In this document: positions 55,794 to 64,000 of the stretch, piece by piece
Layout: every line of letters begins with the position of its first letter
Numbering within the stretch: position 1 is the first letter of the stretch
DNA from: Chitinophagales bacterium
GTDB lineage: Bacteria; Bacteroidota; Bacteroidia; Chitinophagales; BACL12
Reading direction: 5' to 3'
Assembly (NCBI GenBank): GCA_041751015.1
Contig: JBGSYF010000024.1
Coordinates: 53,665-117,664 of the forward strand
DNA: 64,000 nucleotides
Notes under the pieces: generated by a model
What the model saw: the letters and a program-made list of their open reading frames with translations, nothing else
What the model was told of the DNA's origin: nothing
The model's database searches: none
Program-made: the position numbers and the translations under genes

Positions 55794-57751
55794 TAAAACT
55801 TTAGGGGTATTTGAATTTGAACTTCGGTCCCCTCACCCGGGTCAGACTGCCAGCTAAACTCACCGCTCAGCGATTGCACACGTTGGCGGATGATGTGCAA
55901 TCCTCGGCCCCCCCCATCCTGCGGAGATTCCGAACCCACGCCATTGTCTCTGACCAGGAGACTCAGGCGCTCTGTCTCCACATCAATATGCAGCCACACC
56001 GCCGATGCACTGGCGTGTTTGTAGACGTTGTTGAGCAGGCCCTGCACGATTCTAAAGATCGCCAATTGATAGAGCAGATCCAGTTTTTCCAGACGCCGGA
56101 CCTTGGGATAGCGCCGGTACACTTCGGTACCCGCGTTTTCCAGCGGCAGGATGATCTCATCTATGGCCTTCAGCAAACCATGCTCGGTCAGGTTGCTGGG
56201 AATGCGGTTTTCGCAAATGCCCCGAATCTCCGCTCTGGCTTCTGCAAATTGAACGAGCAAATCGCCGGGAAGGGGCTCCAGACTGCTCAGTCCTTCCTCT
56301 ACCCGCTCTAAAAGGGGATCGAGGCGCTGTTCAATGTCCTGCCCGATGGCATTGCGCACTTCGGCCTCCCGCTTGAGCAGGGCATAGGTGTTCTGACGCC
56401 TCTGCAAAGCGGCCTGGCTGAAGATCATATAGCCCTCATCCATTAGACCGCGTATGCGCCTCAACAAGATGAGGGTCAAAAGCAGAACCGCAACCGCTAT
56501 ACCCGTCCAGTCCAAAGTATCCAGGGTTCTGGTCTGGGGCAGCAAATCCAGGCTCTGCAGAGAATGCCATATGCTGGACAGCGAGAGTGGGGCCAATGCC
56601 GCCAACATCACCAATACTTCGCGCTGCATTTCGCGCCGAAACAGAACGAGCAGAGTGCCCAGAATGAGCAGGGCGCTGGACAGATAGAGAACTTCCTGAA
56701 CAATGAGCCAGGGTCTGATGACATGGGCTTGATCGAGCATCAGGGGAATGAACAGCGCAGCGCCGGCCATGATCAGAAAAATCCTTCGCAGAATATTGAG
56801 CAGTCGGTTCGGGTCGGGGTGGCGGGCGGAGGTTCTGTAGAGCACCTGCAGGAGAGCTATGCCGGAGTAAATGGTCAGGTTGCCGAACAGGGGAGCGGCC
56901 AGGCTTTGCAGGCTTGCTGAACCGGGCCAGAGCCATTGCTGGCCCAGGCCCGCATAGACCGCCGACAATGCCGTACCACTGAGCGTAAAGGCCAGCCAGG
57001 GCCAGCGAAAGGGAATGGAGATGACCAGCGAGATGACCAGGCCAAAAAGCGCGATGATGGCGATGACGGAAAAGAAGGCGCTGAGCAGAGTCAGTCTAAA
57101 ACCTTTTTGCCGCTCCCATTCAACGGCATCCCAGAGCTTCATGGGAATGGCGCGGTTGCTGCCGTCGCTTTTGATGTAGAGGAGGATCTCGGCGCTCTGG
57201 TGTTTGTCCAAAGCGAGCTCGTAAGCGGGAAGCCGGTAGGGGAGGCTGCGCTCTTTGAAGGCCACGCGGGCACCCGCAGGAGGCAGTGCTCTCCAGGGGG
57301 CCGCCCGTATGCCTTCCCAGGAGAGATTGATGCGGCCCGGTCTATAAGGGTTGATGGCGGGGCCCCTTCGAACATAAGGTTGGATATGGGGCAATTGCGG
57401 GTTGGCAATCTCCAGGATCCAGGGCCCTCTGGTTTCGGGCGTCCAGGCCATTCGGACCAAGAACCAGGAACCCAGATCAGCATTTCCGCTGCCGGGTTTA
57501 TGCCCCTGGAGCGGGGTCCATTCAAGGCTGTCCGGGGGAAGGGTTTCTGTGTTCCAGCCCTGCGCGGGTACCATGGCCCAATCGTGCAGGTCAATGAAGG
57601 CAAATCCGGGCGGCAACTCTAAAGTGGTCATGCCGGTATCGGAACCCTCTTGCGCTGCGGCAGGGGCGGGCTGCAGCAACAACAGCACCGCGCAAAGAGG
57701 GGCGGAAAAAAGGAGGCTCCGGGCCGATTTTAAGGGGATAAAACGCGGCAT
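55793..57751 (-). CDS. 7TMR-DISM sensor kinase-like protein with intact HATPase_c but no H-box histidine (HK-B)
   Basis: Signal peptide MPRFIPLKSARSLLFSAPLCAVLLLLQPAPAAAQ (ATG 57751), DISMED2-like domain, 7 TM helices. HATPase_c boxes are NNVYKHASA, VRDNGVG, GGRGLHIIRQR and GEGTEV. The H-box position reads VRNAIGQDIEQRL. Confidence 0.8.
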   Translation of the reverse strand: MPRFIPLKSARSLLFSAPLCAVLLLLQPAPAAAQEGSDTGMTTLELPPGFAFIDLHDWAMVPAQGWNTETLPPDSLEWTPLQGHKPGSGNADLGSWFLVRMAWTPETRGPWILEIANPQLPHIQPYVRRGPAINPYRPGRINLSWEGIRAAPWRALPPAGARVAFKERSLPYRLPAYELALDKHQSAEILLYIKSDGSNRAIPMKLWDAVEWERQKGFRLTLLSAFFSVIAIIALFGLVISLVISIPFRWPWLAFTLSGTALSAVYAGLGQQWLWPGSASLQSLAAPLFGNLTIYSGIALLQVLYRTSARHPDPNRLLNILRRIFLIMAGAALFIPLMLDQAHVIRPWLIVQEVLYLSSALLILGTLLVLFRREMQREVLVMLAALAPLSLSSIWHSLQSLDLLPQTRTLDTLDWTGIAVAVLLLTLILLRRIRGLMDEGYMIFSQAALQRRQNTYALLKREAEVRNAIGQDIEQRLDPLLERVEEGLSSLEPLPGDLLVQFAEARAEIRGICENRIPSNLTEHGLLKAIDEIILPLENAGTEVYRRYPKVRRLEKLDLLYQLAIFRIVQGLLNNVYKHASASAVWLHIDVETERLSLLVRDNGVGSESPQDGGGRGLHIIRQRVQSLSGEFSWQSDPGEGTEVQIQIPLKF

Positions 57752-57839
57752 TTTGAGGATAGTCCGTGGATTCCCGATATTAGCCCCTCTTTGGCGGATT
57801 ACCCCCATCCCTTTTTCACCTGAAACCAGCTTATCCCGC

Positions 57840-60227
57840 ATGAATTTCTCTCCTTTTGTCAGGCTGTGGACATCTTGTGCCCGCAGCTCAGCAGGGCCCT
57901 TCCTCGCACTGCTTTTCGCGCTGATGCTTCAAGGCCATGTCTATGCGCAACAAGCGGTGATCAGCGGTGAAATCTCGGATGCCGAAACGGGTGAAACCCT
58001 CATAGGGGTCAACATTCTGGAAGTCAACAGCCAGACCGGAGCCTCTACCGATGAAAACGGGCGCTATAAACTCCTGCTCTCTCCCGGCTCTGTGCTGGTG
58101 CGCATCTCCTATGTGGGCTATGTCAAAGAAGAATTCCAGTTGTTGCTCAATCCGGGTCAGACCCAGATCCTAAACATATCGCTAAAAACCGAAAGCCGCC
58201 TGATGGATCAGGTGGTGGTGACCGGATCAAAGTTTGAAAAGCGCCTGGGCGAGGAGACGGTGTCTATGGAGATCATCCGTCCCAAGCAGCTCGAGAACAT
58301 CAATGCCGTCAAAGTGGACGAAGCCATTGCGCGCGTGCCGGGGGTGAATGTCCTCGATGGGCAGGTGAACATACGCAGCGGGGCCGGTTACAGTTATGGG
58401 GCCGGAACCAGGGTCTTGTTGCTCTACAACGACATGCCCATACTGCAGGCCGATGCGGGCTTCCCCAACTGGTCAACCGTGCCGATTGAAAACATCGGTC
58501 AGGTGGAGATCATCAAAGGCGCATCTTCGGCCCTCTATGGCTCCAGCGCCATCAACGGCATCATCAACCTGCGCAGCGCCGAGCCGGTCAGCAAGCCTTT
58601 CTTCCAGGTATCCACCTTTGGCACCCTGTACAATACGCCCCGCGACAACGTGGACAGCAATGGCGTTCAAAAAGCTTTCTGGAAGGAAAGCGATACGGTT
58701 CAAACTCCGCATCAGGCTGGCTTGAGCCTGGCCTATCGCAAGAAGTTCGGCCGCTTTGACCTGACCGCAGGGGGTTATTTCTACAAAGAAGAAAGTTTTC
58801 GTCAGGGAGAATTTGACAATCGGGGCCGCATCAGTCTGCTGACCCGCTATCGCTTTGCCAAAGTCGAAGGGCTTTCGATTGGTTTGAACCTGAATTCCCA
58901 GATCGGCCGCAGCGGCAGCTTCTTCATCTGGAATGGCGAGGGGCCACAGGCCTACCGCTACTGGGAGACCATTGGCGTTCCAACCACCACCAACGGCTTT
59001 CGCCTGACGGTTGACCCCTTCCTCAACTACTTTGACGACAAGGGCAACCGCCACCGCCTGCAATTGCGCTACAACCAGGTGGACAACGACAATTCCAACA
59101 ACCAGGGCAACTTCTCCAAGTTCTACTACGGAGAGTATCAGTATCAGCGCGACTTTGAGGACATGGACATGACCGTCACTATGGGCGGTGTTGCCAGTGC
59201 GGTCACGGTGACGGCCGATCTCTATGCCGATTCGGTCAAGGTCGAGGATGAGTTCATCGTGGTGGGTGATCCGCTGAGCGGCAGCAACTTTGCCGGATTT
59301 GCCCAAATTGATAAAAAGTTCTTCAACACCCTCAACATCACTCTGGGCGGGCGTCTGGAGGCCAACAAGATTTCCTTTACCGATGCGGAGCAGAAATTTG
59401 TCTTCCGCGCCGGAGCCAATTACCAGGCCGCTGACTATACCTATATCCGCGCATCCTGGGGCCAGGGCTATCGCTTTCCCACCATAGCGGAGAAATTTAT
59501 TCAGACCGGACTGGGTGGCGGAGAGCCCAGCTTGTTGGCGCCGCTCATTGCACCCAACCCCGACCTGGTCTCTGAGACGGGTTGGAATACTGAGCTGGGC
59601 ATCAAACAGGGTGTGCGCATCCGCAAGTTTGAAGCTCTTTTAGATCTGGCAATTTTTTATCAGGAATATCAGGATATGATGGAGTTTGTCTTCTTCCAGC
59701 CCAGTCCTTTGACCACCGGATTCCAGAGCCGCAACATCGGCGATACCAGAATCTACGGTGCGGAGATCACCATGGGAGGTCAGGGCAAGGTGGGCAAACA
59801 CCCCATCACCATGATGGGCGGTTATACCTACACCAAGCCTCAATATCAGGATTTCACCGATGAGATCAATGCCCTGACTTCCTGTGATGACAACATCCTG
59901 ACCTACCGCAACCAACACACCTTCAAAGCAGAAGCCGACATCACTTTGGGCAACTTGTCCTTGGGTACCAATGTGCAGTACTACAGTGCTATGGAGTGCA
60001 TTGACTTCATCTTTGAGTTGCTCTTGCCAGGGGTTGAAGAGTTCAGGGCGGCCAACGACAACGGGGATTGGATCTGGGATATCCGGGCGGGCTTCAAGGT
60101 TGGGGAGCACGTCAACATCACGGGCATCGTCAAGAATGTCATGAACCGCGAGTACGCCATTCGACCTGCCAGAATTGACCCTCCGCGCAGCTATACCCTC
60201 CGGGTGAGCTATACCATTGGCGGCTGA
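57840..60227 (+). CDS. TonB-dependent receptor with N-terminal carboxypeptidase-regulatory-like domain
   Basis: ATG 57840 gives MNFSPFVRLW...LLFALMLQGHVYAQ (signal peptide). VISGEISDAETGETLIGVNILEV (CarbopepD_reg-like), plug (QVEIIKGASSALYGSSAINGIINL), barrel, C-terminal ...RSYTLRVSYTIGG. The longer track ORF start 57402 overlaps HK-B. Confidence 0.85.
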   Translation: MNFSPFVRLWTSCARSSAGPFLALLFALMLQGHVYAQQAVISGEISDAETGETLIGVNILEVNSQTGASTDENGRYKLLLSPGSVLVRISYVGYVKEEFQLLLNPGQTQILNISLKTESRLMDQVVVTGSKFEKRLGEETVSMEIIRPKQLENINAVKVDEAIARVPGVNVLDGQVNIRSGAGYSYGAGTRVLLLYNDMPILQADAGFPNWSTVPIENIGQVEIIKGASSALYGSSAINGIINLRSAEPVSKPFFQVSTFGTLYNTPRDNVDSNGVQKAFWKESDTVQTPHQAGLSLAYRKKFGRFDLTAGGYFYKEESFRQGEFDNRGRISLLTRYRFAKVEGLSIGLNLNSQIGRSGSFFIWNGEGPQAYRYWETIGVPTTTNGFRLTVDPFLNYFDDKGNRHRLQLRYNQVDNDNSNNQGNFSKFYYGEYQYQRDFEDMDMTVTMGGVASAVTVTADLYADSVKVEDEFIVVGDPLSGSNFAGFAQIDKKFFNTLNITLGGRLEANKISFTDAEQKFVFRAGANYQAADYTYIRASWGQGYRFPTIAEKFIQTGLGGGEPSLLAPLIAPNPDLVSETGWNTELGIKQGVRIRKFEALLDLAIFYQEYQDMMEFVFFQPSPLTTGFQSRNIGDTRIYGAEITMGGQGKVGKHPITMMGGYTYTKPQYQDFTDEINALTSCDDNILTYRNQHTFKAEADITLGNLSLGTNVQYYSAMECIDFIFELLLPGVEEFRAANDNGDWIWDIRAGFKVGEHVNITGIVKNVMNREYAIRPARIDPPRSYTLRVSYTIGG

Positions 60228-60241
60228 ACGGTGCCGTGCCT

Positions 60242-61072
60242 TTAGCGGAAAACAAAATTGATGGGCAGGGTAAACTCCACAGGCACCTTGATTCCGCTTT
60301 GAACACCGGGTATCCAGTTGGGCATCATGCGCACCACGCGCAAGGCCTCCTCATCGCAACCCCCGCCGATACCGCGCACAATGCGGACATCGCTGACCCT
60401 GCCGTTGGACTGAACGGTAAAGCGAACAAATACCCGGCCTGAGATACCGTTTTCCATGGCTACGGTGGGATAGACCATGTGCTTGCGGATGAAGGCATAC
60501 AAGGCTTCTTCACCCCCGGGAAACTCCGGCATGATCTCCACCACCTGGAAGACCTTTTTAGGTGGTTCGGGTTTGGGTTCGGGCTTGGGCTCGGGGACCG
60601 GAACGGGCGGAGGAACCCAGACATAGGTATCTCCGGGCACTGCAACCGGGCCGGGTTGCAGGATAGACAGCTCTTCAACCGTGGGCATTTCCTGCTCATC
60701 GGGGACCTCATCATCGGGCTTGACCACCGGAGGCAGGTGGCGAACAGAGGCCTGGGGTTCTTTGATCAATTCAGGAGGAGGGGCGGGAGGCTGTTCAATG
60801 GGCGGGGGTGCGGAGAGCTGACTAAAAGTCACAATGCGCTGCTGGTCAACCGGAACCCGGGTAGCCTTGCGCTGCTGGATGTTGAACAGGATGAAGGGCA
60901 GACTGAACAGCAGGGTGATGAGCACCACACCGCTCAGCAAGCCGCTCAGGGTGTGGCGCACCTCGCGCTTGCGCAACTCATAGGCACCAAAGGCTTTATG
61001 CCTGTTCTCAAAGATCAGATCCAGATAGTCGGGATAGCCCGCTGAGCTTCTATGGCTGCTCTTGCTGCTCAT
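60242..61072 (-). CDS. tonB: Energy transducer TonB
   Basis: N-terminal TM anchor, Pro-rich spacer (PPPIEQPPAPPPE...PEPKPEPKPEPP), TonB_C (VVEIMPEFPGGEEALYAFI...GRVFVRFTV...MPNWIPG). Confidence 0.85.
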   Translation of the reverse strand: MSSKSSHRSSAGYPDYLDLIFENRHKAFGAYELRKREVRHTLSGLLSGVVLITLLFSLPFILFNIQQRKATRVPVDQQRIVTFSQLSAPPPIEQPPAPPPELIKEPQASVRHLPPVVKPDDEVPDEQEMPTVEELSILQPGPVAVPGDTYVWVPPPVPVPEPKPEPKPEPPKKVFQVVEIMPEFPGGEEALYAFIRKHMVYPTVAMENGISGRVFVRFTVQSNGRVSDVRIVRGIGGGCDEEALRVVRMMPNWIPGVQSGIKVPVEFTLPINFVFR

Positions 61073-61626
61073 GGCGTTTCGGACTGATATAATCCGGTCA
61101 AAGCTGATGTGCCTTCCAGCAGCTCAAAGTCCTGTGGACCCGGGCGCACCAGCGCATAGCGCTCTACTTCCGCCAGGCTGAGATCATCCAGGGCGTCCAC
61201 CAGATTTTCATAGCGGCTCTGATCCAGGGGTTTGAGCAAGACCACCAGTTCGGGCACTTCATTGTTCAAATCCACCAGCATTTTTCGCAGGCCCTGCGGC
61301 CCATAGCCAACATGGCGAAGCTCGGGTTCGGAGAGTCCGCGATACCACCAGACCTGATCGTCCTGTCCCAGAATCAGGGTCAGGGCCTTGGATTCCCTGA
61401 TGGGTTGCTCGGCGGCTTCTTCTTCGGGATTGGGCTTGGGCGGCATGAGCAGCTCCATGGTTTGCGGCATGCTGAAGGTGGTGGCCAGCATGAAGAAGGT
61501 CAGCAACAAAAAGGCCATGTCCACCATGGGGTTCATGTCCATGTCCACGGGCGGCTGGGGCCGTCGGGCATCCCTTCGGGCTTCGCCCGGGCGCTGTCGC
61601 TGGTTGTCTTGAAAGGATTCGTTCAT
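61069..61626 (-). CDS. exbD: ExbD/TolR biopolymer transport protein (copy 2)
   Basis: DMNPMVDMAFLLLTFFMLATTF TM motif. Start/stop overlaps with both neighbours. Confidence 0.85.
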   Translation of the reverse strand: MNESFQDNQRQRPGEARRDARRPQPPVDMDMNPMVDMAFLLLTFFMLATTFSMPQTMELLMPPKPNPEEEAAEQPIRESKALTLILGQDDQVWWYRGLSEPELRHVGYGPQGLRKMLVDLNNEVPELVVLLKPLDQSRYENLVDALDDLSLAEVERYALVRPGPQDFELLEGTSALTGLYQSETP

Positions 61627-62231
61627 GGCGCTGCGCTGATTTCTTCGATCCTTTGCTCGGTGATGAGGTTGAAGCGCGTGATGTTCTGATCCAGCAGTGT
61701 ATTGATCAGACCGCTGATGCGGCTATAGGGCACATCACGGTCGGCGCGAATGGCAATACGCAAACCCGGATTGACCAGTCGGGCCTGAGTAAGCCATTCG
61801 GCGACCTGATTTTGGGCGGAGTCCATGGGAATTCCCGGTTGGTGCAGGAGCTGCCGCTCTTCCTGACTCATGGCAATGAGGGTGGAAAGTTGTTCGATCG
61901 GCACCCCATAGCCGGTCATGATGCCAAAGGCCTCCCGCTCTTCCCGGCTGAAATGAACCCCGTAGCGCTCTCCCATTCGATCCAATAGCCGCTGACGGGT
62001 GAACTTGCCGTCCAGATCCATAAAGACGCGACCGTCATCGCCCACGCTGAGGATTAACACATCGCGCTCGGGCAATTTAACCGTTGCGCTGGAAAGGGGG
62101 GTGTCCACCAGCAGGGGCTGGGGCAGTTTGAAGGTGGTGGTGAGCATGAAGAAAGTCACCAGCAGAAAGGACATATCCACCATGGGATTCATGTCCAGTC
62201 TGGGCGACTTGAATTGGGCTACACGGTTCAT
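61623..62231 (-). CDS. exbD: ExbD/TolR biopolymer transport protein (copy 1)
   Basis: DMNPMVDMSFLLVTFFMLTTTF TM motif. Start/stop overlaps with both neighbours. Confidence 0.85.
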   Translation of the reverse strand: MNRVAQFKSPRLDMNPMVDMSFLLVTFFMLTTTFKLPQPLLVDTPLSSATVKLPERDVLILSVGDDGRVFMDLDGKFTRQRLLDRMGERYGVHFSREEREAFGIMTGYGVPIEQLSTLIAMSQEERQLLHQPGIPMDSAQNQVAEWLTQARLVNPGLRIAIRADRDVPYSRISGLINTLLDQNITRFNLITEQRIEEISAAP

Positions 62232-63085
62232 GACGCAGGCTCAACGGGTTGTTGTACATCGGTCTGTTCAGTGCTTTTCCCCGCCATTCGAACTTTAAAC
62301 GAGTGCAGAATGGCGTAGCTGGCTTCGTCTATGGCGAAGATGATGTTGCTGATGCGGCTGGAGAAGAAATTGTAGAACACAATAGCCACCGCCGAGGTGG
62401 GAATGCCCAGTGCGGTGGTGACCAGCGCCTGGCTGATGCCTCCGGCCAGTCCCACGGCATCCGGAGAGCCCACTCTGGCCAGGGCCGCGAAAGCCTGTAT
62501 CATTCCGGTCACCGTTCCCAACAGACCGATGAGCGTGGCGATTTGGGCCAGTGTGGAAATGATCACCAGATTGTTGTTTAACTGGGGAATCTCCAACTGA
62601 GTAACCTCCTCCAGATCGTGCTGGAGCAGCAGGCGCTTTTCTTCCTCGCTCTTGCTGCCATCTGCGGCCAACTGGTCGTAGGTGCTCAGGCCGTTGAGGA
62701 TCACACTGGCCGCCGAACCCCGCTGTTTTTCGCAAGCCGCCATAGCCTCCCGATGCCGTCCCTGCTCGATGAGCTGTTTAACCTCGCGGATGAACAGAGC
62801 GTTGGCCCCTTTGCCCTTGGCCCGCGCAATGGTCAGAAAGCGCTCGATCACATAGGCCACCAGAATGATCTGGAAGGAGATCAGTAAAACCACCAGCGGA
62901 CCGCCCTTGTGGATCACGCCCAGGTAGTTGCCCTGCAGGGGTTCCGCCGCCGGATTGCCACCGGTGAAATTGGCGGGGTTGCCGAGGATCTGGGTGTAGA
63001 TCAGATAGGCCGCAATCAGGGAAGCCGGCATAATCACGCCAGCCAACCAGTACTGGAAGCGGGATGAATCACTCTTTAATTTCAT
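62228..63085 (-). CDS. exbB: MotA/TolQ/ExbB proton channel protein
   Basis: Three TM helices with TLAQIATLIGLLGTVTGMIQAF and ALVTTALGIPTSAVAIVFYNFF, the ExbB signature region. The start is taken at ATG 63085 (MKLKSDSS...). Confidence 0.85.
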   Translation of the reverse strand: MKLKSDSSRFQYWLAGVIMPASLIAAYLIYTQILGNPANFTGGNPAAEPLQGNYLGVIHKGGPLVVLLISFQIILVAYVIERFLTIARAKGKGANALFIREVKQLIEQGRHREAMAACEKQRGSAASVILNGLSTYDQLAADGSKSEEEKRLLLQHDLEEVTQLEIPQLNNNLVIISTLAQIATLIGLLGTVTGMIQAFAALARVGSPDAVGLAGGISQALVTTALGIPTSAVAIVFYNFFSSRISNIIFAIDEASYAILHSFKVRMAGKSTEQTDVQQPVEPAS

Positions 63086-63166
63086 CGCAGCAATGGATTT
63101 TATGAGTCGCGGAAAGGCCGGGTGAGTTTCATGGCGCCCGGCTTGTGTATGGAAAGCTGAACTTTT

Positions 63167-63174
63167 CAAATGTA
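63167..63174 (-). promoter_or_regulatory. Candidate -7 box (TACATTTG on the minus strand) for the exbB-exbD-exbD-tonB operon
   Basis: Exact TAnnTTTG match 82 nt upstream of the exbB ATG. No good -33 element. It lies inside the 5' extension of the track ORF, which supports the shorter exbB start. Confidence 0.3.
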
Positions 63175-63303
63175 GCGAACAATGATAAACCGCTATGGCA
63201 GGGATGACGATGGTCAGGGCTCTGGCCCCTGCGGAGTAGCCTCAAAAACACCTGTGCAGAAGCCGGATGTACAAATCATACGGCTTTTGTCTATTTTCAT
63301 CCT

Positions 63304-64000
63304 ATGGGTCAAAACTGGCATCGGGCCATTCTGTGCGGTTGTCAAGAGGAATCGGCACAGACGCGAAGATTCTTTTTTGAAATGCCCGAACTGGACCGTT
63401 TTGATTTCACGGCCGGGCAGTTTGTGATGATGCAGTTGCCCATACACGAGGACGAGAAGAAGGCCCGGCGCTCGTATTCCATCGCCTCGCGTCCGGACGG
63501 CAGCAATCGACTGGAATTTGTCATTGTGTTGATGGAAGGGGGGCTGGGCACCAACTACCTGTTCAACAACTGCAAGGTCGGAACGGAGATCCTCATCTCC
63601 GATCCCCTGGGGCGCATGATCCTGCACGATCCGATTGACTACGACGTCTGTTTCATCGCCACCGGAACCGGCATTGCCCCCTTTCGATCCATGCTGCACG
63701 ACCTGCAGCACAATCCCCGCCCTCATCGCCGCCTGGACCTGGTCTTTGGAACCCGCACGGCGGCAGACCTGCTCTACCGCCGCGAGATGATGGAGCTGGA
63801 AAAGACGCTCGAGGGCTTTCGCTATCACCCCACCCTTTCGCGCGAAGATGTTGAGGGCTGCCGAAGGGGCTATGTGCACCCGCTTTACGAGGAGCTCTAT
63901 CTGCAAGGCCCGTTGAGAGAAGACCTGAAATTCTACATCTGCGGCTGGGGCGACATGATTCGCGATGCCCGCAAACGGCTCACTGACGCCGGTTACAAGC
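63304..64000 (+). CDS. Ferredoxin-NADP reductase-like FAD-binding oxidoreductase (3' end beyond window)
   Basis: My translation from ATG 63304: MGQNWHRAILCGCQEESAQTRRFFFEMPELDRFDFTAGQFVMMQLP...RRSYSIASRP (FAD RxYS motif)...FIATGTGIAPFRSML (NAD(P) GTGIAP motif)...FYICGWGDMI. The frame is open to the window end, so it is absent from the ORF track. Confidence 0.78.
   Translation, partial: MGQNWHRAILCGCQEESAQTRRFFFEMPELDRFDFTAGQFVMMQLPIHEDEKKARRSYSIASRPDGSNRLEFVIVLMEGGLGTNYLFNNCKVGTEILISDPLGRMILHDPIDYDVCFIATGTGIAPFRSMLHDLQHNPRPHRRLDLVFGTRTAADLLYRREMMELEKTLEGFRYHPTLSREDVEGCRRGYVHPLYEELYLQGPLREDLKFYICGWGDMIRDARKRLTDAGYK

Noticed and set aside
57402-57841. Long 5' extensions that make the receptor ORF (from 57402) and the HK-B ORF (to 57841) overlap, with starts sharing the tetranucleotide CATG
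   Set aside because: Both extensions lack signal peptides and overlap the other gene. The internal ATGs at 57840 (receptor) and 57751 (HK-B) each give a proper signal peptide and leave an 88-bp divergent promoter region.

Overview
Densely coding chromosomal segment of about 50 genes on both strands. It appears to come from a high-GC member of the Bacteroidota. That inference rests on several T9SS C-terminal sorting domains, a complete MoxR/DUF58/BatA-E operon, a BlaR1 sensor fused to a TonB C-terminal domain, TonB-dependent receptors without lipoprotein partners, and TAnnTTTG-like -7 boxes. Housekeeping genes are rpmH-rnpA-yidD, rho (with a very long R/D/E-rich insertion), serS, asd, asnB and mfd. 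Accessory content includes a T9SS cargo protein with three tandem 519-bp domain repeats, a lamin-tail-domain protein, and a two-gene low-GC island of secreted proteins. It also includes a PhoD phosphatase with a T9SS tail, a GT35 alpha-glucan phosphorylase homologue, a patatin lipase, PPK2, and an MbnP-like gene followed by two di-haem peroxidase genes. Further accessory genes are blaI-blaR1(TonB_C), an arginine-deiminase-like/CtlX pair and a TPR-class III cyclase. The last part of the window is a Ton-uptake cluster: two TonB-dependent receptors, a LuxR-type regulator, two 7TMR-DISM kinases and exbB-exbD-exbD-tonB. I saw no rRNA, tRNA, CRISPR array, transposase or integrase. I do not see an unambiguous self-contained novel system. 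The best candidates for follow-up are listed here. (1) Two translationally coupled histidine kinases have complementary defects: one lacks the phospho-His and the other lacks the ATP-binding boxes. (2) The MbnP-like protein carries a T9SS tail and sits next to duplicated MbnH-like peroxidases. (3) The phosphorylase homologue has Thr where the PLP-binding Lys is expected. (4) The low-GC island is followed by an 880-bp non-coding gap. (5) Several short tandem repeats occur: DQ-coding GATC-rich hexamers in batC, a 14-bp array upstream of a receptor gene, and a duplicated hairpin element. All functional calls come from reading motifs in the translations. No database search was run.
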